Sequence record: PP456879.1
Reading direction: 5' to 3' (one strand)
Length of the DNA stretch: 64,000 nucleotides
Notes under the pieces: generated by a model
The model's database searches: none
Told to the model about the DNA's origin: nothing
Seen by the model: the letters and a program-made list of their open reading frames with translations, nothing else
Position numbers and translations under genes: made by a program
Shown: positions 16,559 to 26,341 of the stretch, piece by piece
Layout: every line of letters starts with the position of its first letter
Position numbering within the stretch: position 1 is the first letter of the stretch

Positions 16559-18592
16559 CTATCGCAGTTTACCACCTTTAACTAGTAAGTCATATGGATG
16601 GTCATTCCTCATCTTGTTAAGGAAACTGCCTGGGTTATTTAGTGGCTCATGCTGCTTTTCGAAAGCCATCGCACCACCTAAACTACGACATTGCATTAGC
16701 CTATTATATTTTTCAAATTGGCCATTAATACCGGGTTTAGGTAAGCGATAGTCTCGATATTGAGCTGAACGGATCATCATAGCGTATATCAAGATCTCAC
16801 AATGGGAAATATTAAGGCTAATCTTTTCATTAGCCATTGTTGCAAATACAGGTAGTGCTTCAATTGGTGACTTGTAGTTTTTAAGATACGTTTTAGACGT
16901 ATATCCAACTTTCTCAGTGCTTAGTTTACCTGCCTCGGCTGAGTCACTACCGGAATGTAAGAAACTTTGGAATCGTTTCATTACTTCATACATGTTTACG
17001 TGCTTATTTGGTAGCGTTAAGAATGGTAGGTTAAAATCAAAACCACGAAGACTAATGACGATATTGTCTCGCTGATCTAGTTCCCAACGGACCATCTTAA
17101 TATGCTTTAGCATTTCAATAGATAGACTAGCCCTACGGTTATACAGCGACACAGTCAGAACATCACCACATTCACCATTCACCTCATCATCATAGACTAG
17201 GGCCAGGCTGGTTAGTTCAGTAGCTGAAGTAGCTGGATATGCAGTAAGGTCATCAATCATTAAAATGTCAGCAAGGTTTTCTGCCTCTGACCGTGCGATT
17301 ACTAAACGATAATCCTTCTGAGTAAGTTCTTTCTTTAGATATAGTGTCTCTGGGATTTCACCTGTTCTTAAATAATTACTTTCAATTTTGCCAAGTTTAT
17401 ATTGTTCTACAGCAGAAGACGCATCGGTGTGTTTAGTAGACAATACTGCTGAAGTAATTTTGTCACCCATCGATACGGCAGCAACCTGACCGATATTAGT
17501 TCCTTTTGGAATATTGATACCTAGTCGGCCATAACAAGTCATACAGATACCCTGACTATCTGGATGATTACATCCAAATACAGACCTGAATTTCTGTTTA
17601 GTTCCAATTAGGTGTGTTTCATTTCCACGGATCCAGTCTAGTTTACCATCTTCTTTTTGATAATATTTTCCTTTGAATGCTTTTAAAGTTAACTTAGTTA
17701 CAGGATACTCAGCTAAGATTGTGGTCTTACAATCACCAGGATGTAGCCTTTGGACATATTGTGCAATAAGCTGAGATTTCCGGTTAAAGTATTCAGTTAC
17801 TCGCAGTAGTTCTTTGTTATATAGTAGTGCTTTAGTACCTGAACGAGATTCAATCATATTCTCATACAGATTCCAAATACCATCAATATAACCAGTTGTT
17901 ACCGGATATTTAAAGATATCTGAGTTAATGTCAGTTGGAAAGCCCCGCCAAGCAAATGCTTGTAGAAGCTGTTCAGTTTTCTGAGTACCAGAACGAAGAC
18001 CTTCAATGATGCTGTTACCAATGAATTGGGTAGGATCATTAAATACTTCTTTGACTTTACCATAACTAATTTTTTCGATACCATAAGTAGTTGGTTCGAT
18101 ATTATGGTTAGCCTCACGTACCTTGGGATGATTATATACTTCAGCAATATCAAACATCGACAAGGTTGCTAGATATTCAGACAGTTTCACAGTGGTCTGA
18201 TTATACAGCCAGTTCTTACCTTCAATAGCCAGTTTAGATAGTACTTCAGGATCTACTGTTTCACCTGACCAATCATAGATGTTCCAAATAGCCTTATTTA
18301 AATGCTTAACCATGGCCTTAGATGTTACTCGGCCACCTTCAACATTTAGATAATCTTTAGGGTTATCAGTTAAGATGCGATTGAAATCGATATGGTGATC
18401 AGATGGAATTGGGCAATCTTTATAATGTTTAAGAGGATACCAACACAGAACGGATAATTTGGTAATACGGTCAACTGACACAACCGTTTTACCATCATCA
18501 AATTCGATTAGATGCCATTCTGAAGGGAGTGACCATAAATCATCATAACTTAGATTTAGAAGATCACGCGCTTTATAACGATTAAGATTCAT
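16559..18592 (-). CDS. Non-virion RNA polymerase beta' C-terminal subunit (gp74-like)
   Basis: 677 aa; RSVFGC...GICMTCYG Zn site, AAVSMGDKITSAVLSTKH trigger loop. Confidence 0.92.
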   Translation of the reverse strand: MNLNRYKARDLLNLSYDDLWSLPSEWHLIEFDDGKTVVSVDRITKLSVLCWYPLKHYKDCPIPSDHHIDFNRILTDNPKDYLNVEGGRVTSKAMVKHLNKAIWNIYDWSGETVDPEVLSKLAIEGKNWLYNQTTVKLSEYLATLSMFDIAEVYNHPKVREANHNIEPTTYGIEKISYGKVKEVFNDPTQFIGNSIIEGLRSGTQKTEQLLQAFAWRGFPTDINSDIFKYPVTTGYIDGIWNLYENMIESRSGTKALLYNKELLRVTEYFNRKSQLIAQYVQRLHPGDCKTTILAEYPVTKLTLKAFKGKYYQKEDGKLDWIRGNETHLIGTKQKFRSVFGCNHPDSQGICMTCYGRLGINIPKGTNIGQVAAVSMGDKITSAVLSTKHTDASSAVEQYKLGKIESNYLRTGEIPETLYLKKELTQKDYRLVIARSEAENLADILMIDDLTAYPATSATELTSLALVYDDEVNGECGDVLTVSLYNRRASLSIEMLKHIKMVRWELDQRDNIVISLRGFDFNLPFLTLPNKHVNMYEVMKRFQSFLHSGSDSAEAGKLSTEKVGYTSKTYLKNYKSPIEALPVFATMANEKISLNISHCEILIYAMMIRSAQYRDYRLPKPGINGQFEKYNRLMQCRSLGGAMAFEKQHEPLNNPGSFLNKMRNDHPYDLLVKGGKLR

Positions 18593-18622
18593 TATTTACC
18601 TCTTGTATTATTAAACCCCTGA

Positions 18623-19546
18623 TCAATGATCAGGGGCATATTCTAATGCAATACCACTACATTCAAGCAGGTGATCAAACATAGCTACTGGGCGAGATCC
18701 ACCAAATGGAATCTTTTCACGATCAACTGCAACTGGTACAGATGAAGGTTTTTCTGCTGTTAGCCAAGACTCGATAACCGCAGCATGCGCCAATGGGTTA
18801 TTAGTTTGGTCTAAGATTTCAGCAGTCGGACCTGGACCAACTGTACAGTTATATGACCGAGTTTCAGATTCACCGAATGACCGGATAGCTGTTTCTCGAC
18901 CAGGTGTGCTAGCCCTATCAGCATTGTTTAACTTAGAAGGTAGACCAAATGGTTGTGTTTTTACAGATGCTGCTGCTGACCAGTCTTCACCAATCTTTTC
19001 TAGTAGCATCATGTAAAGTGGACCCATTAAGACATTATCTTTAGTTGTTACCCACTTACCAGCTTGATCTCGATAAGATACCTTCCCATAGTGTGGTCGA
19101 TACTTATCGCTATTAATTAATTTGTTGACTGCTGCCATTAGATCCACTGGATCATCAACTGGTGCGTAGATATATGGGAATCCATCCATTAGTACTGTTT
19201 TAACATGTTCTGCTGGATTTGGGTGTTCCATCATTTTACTATGCATTGTTGGAGCAATGATCTCATAGAAACCTAATAGTTCTTTAAATGCATAATCAAC
19301 CCATTGCGTATTACCCATTACACTATTTAGTTGTTGCTGGGTTGGTTTGGCATGTCGATCTAGTCCAGCTTCAACGCGTAGGCGTTGAGCTAGATCTCGT
19401 GCAGCTGCGCCAAAACCATGTTCATAAATTCGACCATAATTTGAACGACGCATGGTTGAACCACCAAAGATAATTAGATCTGCCCTATTACCATTTTCGT
19501 CAATAGGCATATCTTCATCTTCCATTACCTTACAGATGACGCCCTT
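18623..19546 (-). CDS. nvRNAP beta C-terminal subunit, exon 2 (gp73 part of gp71-73)
   Basis: Begins KGVICKVMEDEDMPIDENGNRADLII, matching beta KGVISKI..EDMP.DENG..VDIV; beta GPLYMMLLEK motif. Confidence 0.9.
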   Translation of the reverse strand, partial: KGVICKVMEDEDMPIDENGNRADLIIFGGSTMRRSNYGRIYEHGFGAAARDLAQRLRVEAGLDRHAKPTQQQLNSVMGNTQWVDYAFKELLGFYEIIAPTMHSKMMEHPNPAEHVKTVLMDGFPYIYAPVDDPVDLMAAVNKLINSDKYRPHYGKVSYRDQAGKWVTTKDNVLMGPLYMMLLEKIGEDWSAAASVKTQPFGLPSKLNNADRASTPGRETAIRSFGESETRSYNCTVGPGPTAEILDQTNNPLAHAAVIESWLTAEKPSSVPVAVDREKIPFGGSRPVAMFDHLLECSGIALEYAPDH

Positions 19547-19853
19547 CGTTATGTTCAGGTAAGTTCGCTACGCTTACCCCGCCTCTCGTATTGCAGGCAG
19601 CTGCATGTCACCATGCAGACCAGACTATATCTTAACCTTCACCCTAGGTGGTCAGGTCCCTCCCATTTCCACTCGCTTGAGTGTACTCCGCGTAACCGGA
19701 TAGTCGTTGAACGTTCAATCCATTTCTGGAAAGCTTCGCTGCTGATTGTCTCATTGAGATGTCCCAGCAATTAGAGAGGATTTACTTGACTCTTTCGAGA
19801 TCAAGCAGGCAATTTGACAATATCCATTCCTGAGAGATGGATGGATATTAATT
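19547..19853 (-). mobile_element. Group I intron without ORF (307 nt)
   Basis: P AATTGCTGGGA, Q AATCAGCAG, R GTTCAACGACTA, S AAGATATAGTC; 5' exon ends in U, intron ends in G; P1 GGU|AAUU pairs with AAUUGCC; splicing restores HGG|KGV. Confidence 0.92.
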
Positions 19854-21032
19854 ACCACCATGAAAATCAGTCATCTTGAAAGCACCAGCAGGCATCTTTT
19901 GGGCTTTGTAAGTTACTTCGACTCGCCATTCATCTAGTGGGTCTAGTCGATAGAATCGAGATAGTTTACGGACATTATCAGGTTGAGGTAGGAACATCTG
20001 TGCAGTTACAATAAGACGTTCAAATTCCTCAGTGATATGTAGATCATCTTTACGACGTGCTAATAGACCACGATAGATCTTTAATAGTTCTCGATAATAA
20101 CTGCTAAGATGAGTATGATATTTAACTAGTTGTGCATCCATTCCTGTTGGAGTAGGGGATGGATTTACACGCTCATCACGCCAAATATCAATATCAATAA
20201 CCTTCGCACCAGGTGTGCCAATAACAGCTCTATCGAAAGTTCTATCTAGTGTACGAAGTGCCCTAGGAGTCATCTCGGCAGGAGCTAGATCATCATCATG
20301 GTCACGGATGGCGAAGATTACACCATCTGGTCGGATAACATCGCCAATGTCTGGGAATGGTTTATAGACCTTATCATCGCCATACATGTTTAAGAAGAAA
20401 GCTTTCCTACCAGCATTAGCTACAGCCGTGCTATAACTAGTTGGCATCATCCTTTTAAGGAAATTCTTATTAGCTACGAATCCATCTTCAATGGTACCAG
20501 CGGCAGATAGGAATACAACATTAGCATTAACACCCATCCCTAAAGTACCGTCTTTCTTAACTGCACCAGACTGTGCAATCACTGTGTCTTTAGAGAACAT
20601 TTCATTTGGGGCAATGGTTTCCCACACTTCTCGATTCTTTACAAGTTCATAACCAAAGTCTTGGTGATGACTCATGTACTCGGGAACATGTAAGACACCA
20701 ATGGTTTTATATTTGTCAAAATAGTTTTCGTAGATAATAGTTGTTACCGGGTTAGATCTAATACTGTCTTTACCAATACCCGTTGGATATTTTCTAAGAA
20801 CATGTAGTACACGACAATCCTCAGGAAAACGAACATCATGTGTATACTTGGCATACTCTAATTCAGCACCCGTTAGGAAATAACGCGATTCATTTCCATT
20901 TACTTCTGGTGCCTGGCCAATATGTGTTACAAACATAGCACCCCGTGCAGATGAGGTAGTGCCATACCAAGGATCTAAACCAGTATGCCCTAATAGGGTT
21001 AGATCAATTTCACGTTTACCTAGTTCAGCCAT
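19854..21032 (-). CDS. nvRNAP beta C-terminal subunit, exon 1 (gp71 part; spliced product 700 aa)
   Basis: SSARGAMFVTHIGQA, GTIEDG, FKMTDFHGG beta motifs. Confidence 0.9.
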
Positions 21033-21144
21033 TTTGTTTATCACCATTAATTAGACAAGATGCAGTACTACTATATTTCTTATTTGCGCTGTTTTTAGAT
21101 ATAGCCTTTTGTAAGACTTCAATGTCTGGTATCACCAATCTCAT
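21025..21144 (-). CDS. Unannotated 39-aa leader ORF overlapping the nvRNAP beta start
   Basis: CAGGAGGT-ATG; its TGA overlaps ATGGCTGA of the RNAP subunit. Confidence 0.5.
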   Translation of the reverse strand: MRLVIPDIEVLQKAISKNSANKKYSSTASCLINGDKQNG

Positions 21145-21170
21145 ACCTCCTGTTTACTAATTACAAATCA

Positions 21171-21178
21171 ATGATATA
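21171..21178 (-). promoter_or_regulatory. Early promoter variant TATATCAT
   Basis: aattttatttAAGATCTATATCAT, same extended context as the other copies. Confidence 0.6.
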
Positions 21179-21196
21179 GATCTTAAATAAAATTTA

Positions 21197-21571
21197 TTGG
21201 AATTTATTATGGCATTCACACTGTTAGCTAATCAGCCAGATTCAGGTGAATCTGTTTATTATGAACCAGGGTTCAGATTAATTATTGAGACTCATTTGAA
21301 TATCTTACGTAATGTCAGATCCACACGTATTCAAATTCCACCTGAACTGTATTACCAGTTCGAAGGAAACTTTTATGGATACATGGCAGAACGCCGTGTC
21401 AATCCTGATATGTGGTGGATTCAAATGCGTGTTAATGGTTTAGTTAGCCCTTATGATTTTGGTAAAGTTCTAAGGGATCCTTCAGCTAATGATTACACCA
21501 GCTATTTAATCATACCGAATAACGACATGATTCAACACCTCGTTAGCTTATATCAAACTAAAAAGTTTTAA
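21197..21571 (+). CDS. Putative LysM-like baseplate wedge protein (T4 gp53 / P2 gpX-like)
   Basis: WWIQMRVNGLVSPYDF...LIIP pattern; likely start ATG 21209. Confidence 0.55.
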   Translation: MEFIMAFTLLANQPDSGESVYYEPGFRLIIETHLNILRNVRSTRIQIPPELYYQFEGNFYGYMAERRVNPDMWWIQMRVNGLVSPYDFGKVLRDPSANDYTSYLIIPNNDMIQHLVSLYQTKKF

Positions 21572-21574
21572 AGC

Positions 21575-21608
21575 AAGCCAGGGGACCCTTAGGCCCCCTG
21601 GTTTATGC
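21575..21608. terminator. Bidirectional terminator
   Basis: Imperfect aagCCAGGGG...CCCCTGGttt hairpin between convergent genes. Confidence 0.7.
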
Positions 21609-21612
21609 CGTG

Positions 21613-23004
21613 TTACAGTAGACGACCCATCATTTGGTTTCCACCTAGATTCATCATCGCGGTGTTACCATTACCAGCTAGAGCGGGGTTTAGTGCTTGT
21701 GCAAATCCACCACCCATCGGCATTTGATTGCCCATGAGTTGCATCATTTGCGGATGCATATTAGCCATCATTGGCTGCTGTGGCTGCATCATCCCAGGCA
21801 TTGCAAAGTTATTGTTCATCATAACAGGTTGTTGCATCATTCCGGGTTGAGCAAATTGGTTTTTCTGCCCAGCGTTTAGAAGATCTTGGATAGATGCTTT
21901 ATTGCTAGTTTGAACTTGTTGTGCGGGACGTTGAGGTGCCTGAGTCATTGCTACAGCTTGACTCATAGATGGATTAACATTCACAGTTGTGCCTACTGGT
22001 ACACGTGTAGAAGTAGTTTGTTCTTTAGCAGTATTACCCACTTTAACTACACTATCCTTTTTCTGGACAGGAATTTGGGCAACTGGGTTTACAGTTTCAG
22101 AAGCTTCTTCTTCTACTTCATTGCTGACTCCTTCATTACCATCAAGAGAGGGGATCTCACGTTGCATCTTTGCAAAATCAGCAATCACCTTCTCATCAAC
22201 TTTTGAATAAGGTTGAATAGCATCATCGAAGATCAGGCGATACTTATCAATAACACTATTTAGTTGAGTAGTGATTTTGTTAAATGCCTGGATAAGACAT
22301 ACAAAATAAGGTGCTACCCGCTCAACTGTTCCTGCTGAATATTCAGTTGGTGAATCACCAAATGGTACAACTAGTTTAAATAGTTCGATTAGAACTGGCC
22401 GCTGTTTCTTAGGTACATTTACTCCAAGGATATCATCTTTAGAATAAAGATCCTCTACGATAGGGAACCGAATAACGCAGATACGGTTAACTGTCTTCCC
22501 ATCAAATTTACCATTTGCTTTTAGATACACGCTTACAAAACGTGAACGTTTTTCAGCAGCTTTGACAACCTTATTAAACCACTCAATGGTATCTGGCTTA
22601 GCACCGGATAGTTTCTTTAGGAAGTCTGAACATTCTGGTGGAATGTCTTTATGCAGAGTGGAGTCGGCAGCTACTTCTAAAATACGTGAAGTAAGATACT
22701 TCACAGTAAACATTAGATTAGCCTTAACTTGACGCTGCATATGCTGTAGTACTTGAGAAGTACCTAGCCGAGAGATCTTTTCAGATAGCGGGTGGAAGGC
22801 GATGTAATCATCGCCTAGCCCTTTACGAAGCCAATCTTTAGTAGGTACCACTAGTCGCTTACCATCTACCTTTGCAGGTGCAGGTCGACCAAGTGGATCG
22901 AGAATACTGATCATATCCTCTTCACCTACTTTGTATCGGAAAGCAGGTAATACTTGATCACTATAGAACTTGGAAAGAGAAATCGTAGGCATTGTTATCA
23001 CCAA
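21613..23004 (-). CDS. Conserved nucleus-block protein with Q/M/N/G-rich C-terminal tail (gp70-like)
   Basis: 463 aa; low-complexity tail QPGMMQQPVMMNNN...; lies next to PicA. Confidence 0.8.
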   Translation of the reverse strand: MVITMPTISLSKFYSDQVLPAFRYKVGEEDMISILDPLGRPAPAKVDGKRLVVPTKDWLRKGLGDDYIAFHPLSEKISRLGTSQVLQHMQRQVKANLMFTVKYLTSRILEVAADSTLHKDIPPECSDFLKKLSGAKPDTIEWFNKVVKAAEKRSRFVSVYLKANGKFDGKTVNRICVIRFPIVEDLYSKDDILGVNVPKKQRPVLIELFKLVVPFGDSPTEYSAGTVERVAPYFVCLIQAFNKITTQLNSVIDKYRLIFDDAIQPYSKVDEKVIADFAKMQREIPSLDGNEGVSNEVEEEASETVNPVAQIPVQKKDSVVKVGNTAKEQTTSTRVPVGTTVNVNPSMSQAVAMTQAPQRPAQQVQTSNKASIQDLLNAGQKNQFAQPGMMQQPVMMNNNFAMPGMMQPQQPMMANMHPQMMQLMGNQMPMGGGFAQALNPALAGNGNTAMMNLGGNQMMGRLL

Positions 23005-24634
23005 ATTTAGGATTGATTTGAGCAGGTTGAGCTACAGGATGTTGATACGGTTGCATGTTAACCGGCTGACCACTACTGTTTAGAATGTTTTGTTGAGTCT
23101 TAGTTGGGATAACATTCTTAACAAGATAGGTAAGGTCATTAGAGATCATAGCCGGTGCAGATGCATCCCGAGTAATGACTGGACTAAACAGACTATCAAT
23201 GAAGGTCGGTGCGATGAATCGTTCTACCGATTCATGATTTAGACTGATATCAATAACAGTATCACCAGCTAAGTCAGAGTGCATGGAAATTTTAAACGGA
23301 ATCTGGTTACCATAAGAGATACTGTTAATCGCATCGGTAATAAGACGACGTTCAAAGTCATTAATCTGTGGAGTCATATCAATTCCATCCATGATACTCC
23401 TGGTACCATTTGGATGCATTTCGAATAGATAGTTATTCGCTCCATGTCCATTTGTAATTGCAAAGGAGGTTACCCGGAAATAGTTATCCATCATGATTGC
23501 TGGAACTACTTGTGCAAGTAGAGATGCTGCAACAGTGTGATGATCTGCACCACCCCAATGCATGGAATGCTCTGCTCGGTTAACGAAGCGTTGAGAATTA
23601 CCATTATCCATACCAGCTTTAACTACACCATCAACCAGTAGTTCAGGGAATACTCGTTGTAGGTCAGCCAGTGTAACAAAGCCACGTTCCATGTAATTGC
23701 AGCGTTCTTTTAGAATGCGCATGAACATATTGGAATGGATATCTTGATTTCGAAGTACAGCTGATGCATCACCTAGCATCACTTCATCAGAGACACCTCC
23801 AAAGATATTATCGTTATCATTATTAGCCATCTCAGCTTCTTTAACAGAATGCTGCCATGCATTAAGAGTACTGGATAGATAACGAGTAGGAGAAGTATCG
23901 CGGCGATTTGAATATTGGAAAGTACCTGCTTCACCAACACTGGAGCGTTGGTCAATGATCCGGTCAAATACGCCTTGATGTAGTCCAGTTGATTCAATGC
24001 GTTTAGCTACTTGCATCGTTTGCTGAATCTGGAAAACATCTTCTGGTCGTTGGAGATATGATGAAGTTCCAGTATACATGCTAAACCCGTTCTGAGGGAT
24101 AGTAATATCACTCATGATATCGACGGGTGCAAGGATCTGGTTAGAACCTAGGATATGTGCTTGTTTGATTACCCCAAACTCAGTTGGTCGTTGACGCTCT
24201 ACAATAACAGTTTCACTATTAAAATAGATACGCATGTTAGGATCTAGACTATTGCTAAGCGGACTAATAGAGCAATGGTCAGAGCAACCAAATAGAATCC
24301 GGCAAGTACGGGTATTACCAAAGAAACGGTTATTCTCCCATACTTTCATCATGAACCTAAACCGACGCTCACCCCAACCATTGACGATAGGGACTTCGCC
24401 TTGAGTTTGAGCACGTGGTGCAATCACATCTGCTGCAATTTGCTGCACAGCTGCAACACCTAGATTACGACCATCATTAGTTGCTTCTTTTAAACGTTCA
24501 ATAGAGTTCTCAGTGACCTCTACAGTAAATGGTCGAACATGTTCAGGTTGATAAGTACCAGTCTGTACTAGAATGAATGATTCAATCTGTACTTCAGTAT
24601 TACCGCCCATTGCTGAATTATTAAAACCTAACAT
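22961..24634 (-). CDS. picA: Phage nucleus protein importer PicA/Imp1 (gp69)
   Basis: 557 aa; position directly after the gp68 subunit in the conserved chimallivirus block. Confidence 0.75.
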   Translation of the reverse strand: MLGFNNSAMGGNTEVQIESFILVQTGTYQPEHVRPFTVEVTENSIERLKEATNDGRNLGVAAVQQIAADVIAPRAQTQGEVPIVNGWGERRFRFMMKVWENNRFFGNTRTCRILFGCSDHCSISPLSNSLDPNMRIYFNSETVIVERQRPTEFGVIKQAHILGSNQILAPVDIMSDITIPQNGFSMYTGTSSYLQRPEDVFQIQQTMQVAKRIESTGLHQGVFDRIIDQRSSVGEAGTFQYSNRRDTSPTRYLSSTLNAWQHSVKEAEMANNDNDNIFGGVSDEVMLGDASAVLRNQDIHSNMFMRILKERCNYMERGFVTLADLQRVFPELLVDGVVKAGMDNGNSQRFVNRAEHSMHWGGADHHTVAASLLAQVVPAIMMDNYFRVTSFAITNGHGANNYLFEMHPNGTRSIMDGIDMTPQINDFERRLITDAINSISYGNQIPFKISMHSDLAGDTVIDISLNHESVERFIAPTFIDSLFSPVITRDASAPAMISNDLTYLVKNVIPTKTQQNILNSSGQPVNMQPYQHPVAQPAQINPKFGDNNAYDFSFQVL

Positions 24635-24650
24635 AGAACTACCTCAATTA

Positions 24651-26216
24651 TTACTGATTAAGTTTACCCAGATGAATTACCAGTTCGGTGATCACCGACT
24701 TAATTGTGGCCGGTACAACAAGGACTTTATTCTGAGTTACCTGTTCTGCTTCTTTGAATAAACGATCGGGTCCATGATAGATCCAGTTACTAGATCTAAT
24801 GGATGCATGTGCAGATTGCACAGCAATGCCCGCAATATTTACAGGTGCTACTGGAACACCGTTAATAGCTCGTTGTTGTCGCTGATGTGGATAAAGTTCA
24901 TCCATCACATCCTTATATTTAATTTGAATACGTGTACTATTACGTGGTTGAATGGACATTGCATGTTCACCACTATAATACAACTCTACTTGCATAAATA
25001 CAGCAACTTGTTGGAAACCCCAATGCCACATTAGTGACTGAGCTGCTGCCAACAAATGGTTAACTGCATTTTTATTAATGTGGCTGAATGCTCTTGCAGG
25101 GAAAGCTTTGTGCATCACCCATTGTGCAAGTAATATCTGGTGTGGATAGATATCTTTAGTAGCTGTAACTGCAACGCAATCTAGACATTCCTGAATTAAC
25201 TCTACTGGGACAGTGTCATCGATTTTGTGAACCAGTTTAACTACATCAAGAGCATCTAAGTTATAAGCTACGATATCACCAGGAGTAACTCGCTGTTTAG
25301 TTTTATGCGATTCGATAAATGATGTTTTATCATCATCATCAATACCACCTTTATCTGGCCGTTTATCATTAACCCGGTCAGCAGTTGATCGTTCCGCAGG
25401 GTTTAGATTTGACTTAACATATCTAAACATATTTGAAACGATGGAATGTGAGGTGACATCGTTTAATGGTAGGATGGTTAATCGCCTAACCATAACTTTA
25501 GCCTGTAAGATATCCGGCACTTCAGCTGAACTCATACCCCTATAAAGGTTGGCTAAGGTGGGTGCTTCATCTTCTACACAAAACTTAACATATGCACTTA
25601 GCTTATCATAAGCTGTTTCTACTGGAGTTCCATCGATTGATATTTCATCAACAGGCCAATGGTTAACCTCACAATCCGAGATGAGACTAATTACTTCACA
25701 CTCTTTATGCATTTCCTGAGAAGTGCCCTGATCAATAAACTCGCCCCAAATAGGTACTAAAGGACGAAGAGCTAGTGATACAGATGCAAGGTTAATATAG
25801 TCATGTTTCAGATATGTTTGATCTGGTCGATTATATCGTGAATCATCAGTGATAACTTCTTCAATATCTACTGGAATATAAAGTTTACCAATAGTTAGTA
25901 GCCATCGCCGAAAACTGTTCATCGGCATGGCTTTATACATCTCTTTGATGTAATAGGATAGACTCATTGCAATCCTCATCGGATCCATAGCCATATCCAT
26001 GATCTTACGAATTTCTACATAACAATTCCAGATATGTTGTTGTGTCTCAGCACTTAGGCCACTCCAATAATCATTGATTTCTTGGAATACGCGTTGTTGA
26101 TCTTGTACACGGATTTTACTATAAGCCGTAGTTGTCCAAGTTAAACGTTTACCATTGTGTTCTGTAGCCACTTCAGTAAAACCAGTACCTTGAACTCCTG
26201 TAACGATGATTTGCAT
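24651..26216 (-). CDS. nvRNAP sigma-like promoter-specificity subunit (gp68)
   Basis: 521 aa from ATG 26216 (SD GAGG); recognised N-terminus MQIIVTGVQGTGFTEV; synteny. Confidence 0.85.
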   Translation of the reverse strand: MQIIVTGVQGTGFTEVATEHNGKRLTWTTTAYSKIRVQDQQRVFQEINDYWSGLSAETQQHIWNCYVEIRKIMDMAMDPMRIAMSLSYYIKEMYKAMPMNSFRRWLLTIGKLYIPVDIEEVITDDSRYNRPDQTYLKHDYINLASVSLALRPLVPIWGEFIDQGTSQEMHKECEVISLISDCEVNHWPVDEISIDGTPVETAYDKLSAYVKFCVEDEAPTLANLYRGMSSAEVPDILQAKVMVRRLTILPLNDVTSHSIVSNMFRYVKSNLNPAERSTADRVNDKRPDKGGIDDDDKTSFIESHKTKQRVTPGDIVAYNLDALDVVKLVHKIDDTVPVELIQECLDCVAVTATKDIYPHQILLAQWVMHKAFPARAFSHINKNAVNHLLAAAQSLMWHWGFQQVAVFMQVELYYSGEHAMSIQPRNSTRIQIKYKDVMDELYPHQRQQRAINGVPVAPVNIAGIAVQSAHASIRSSNWIYHGPDRLFKEAEQVTQNKVLVVPATIKSVITELVIHLGKLNQ

Positions 26217-26249
26217 TTTAACCTCTTTTACCAATGTAGATACATGTTA

Positions 26250-26257
26250 GTAATATA
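26250..26257 (-). promoter_or_regulatory. Early promoter TATATTAC
   Basis: AAAAAAAATTTGAGATCTATATTAC upstream of gp68. Confidence 0.75.
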
Positions 26258-26341
26258 GATCTCAAATTTTTTTTAGTATAACGGTATTTAGTGCTGAGGG
26301 CATATCGGTGCCTACTTCGAGAGTAAGCACCGAAATATGTT

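Noticed and set aside
16501-16575. 25-aa N-terminal extension of the helicase in the ORF track
   Set aside because: Crosses a terminator-like hairpin and the gp74 stop; ATG 16500 is the plausible start
19547-19853. Search for a homing endonuclease in the second intron
   Set aside because: Only 307 nt, essentially all ribozyme core; no ORF of useful length
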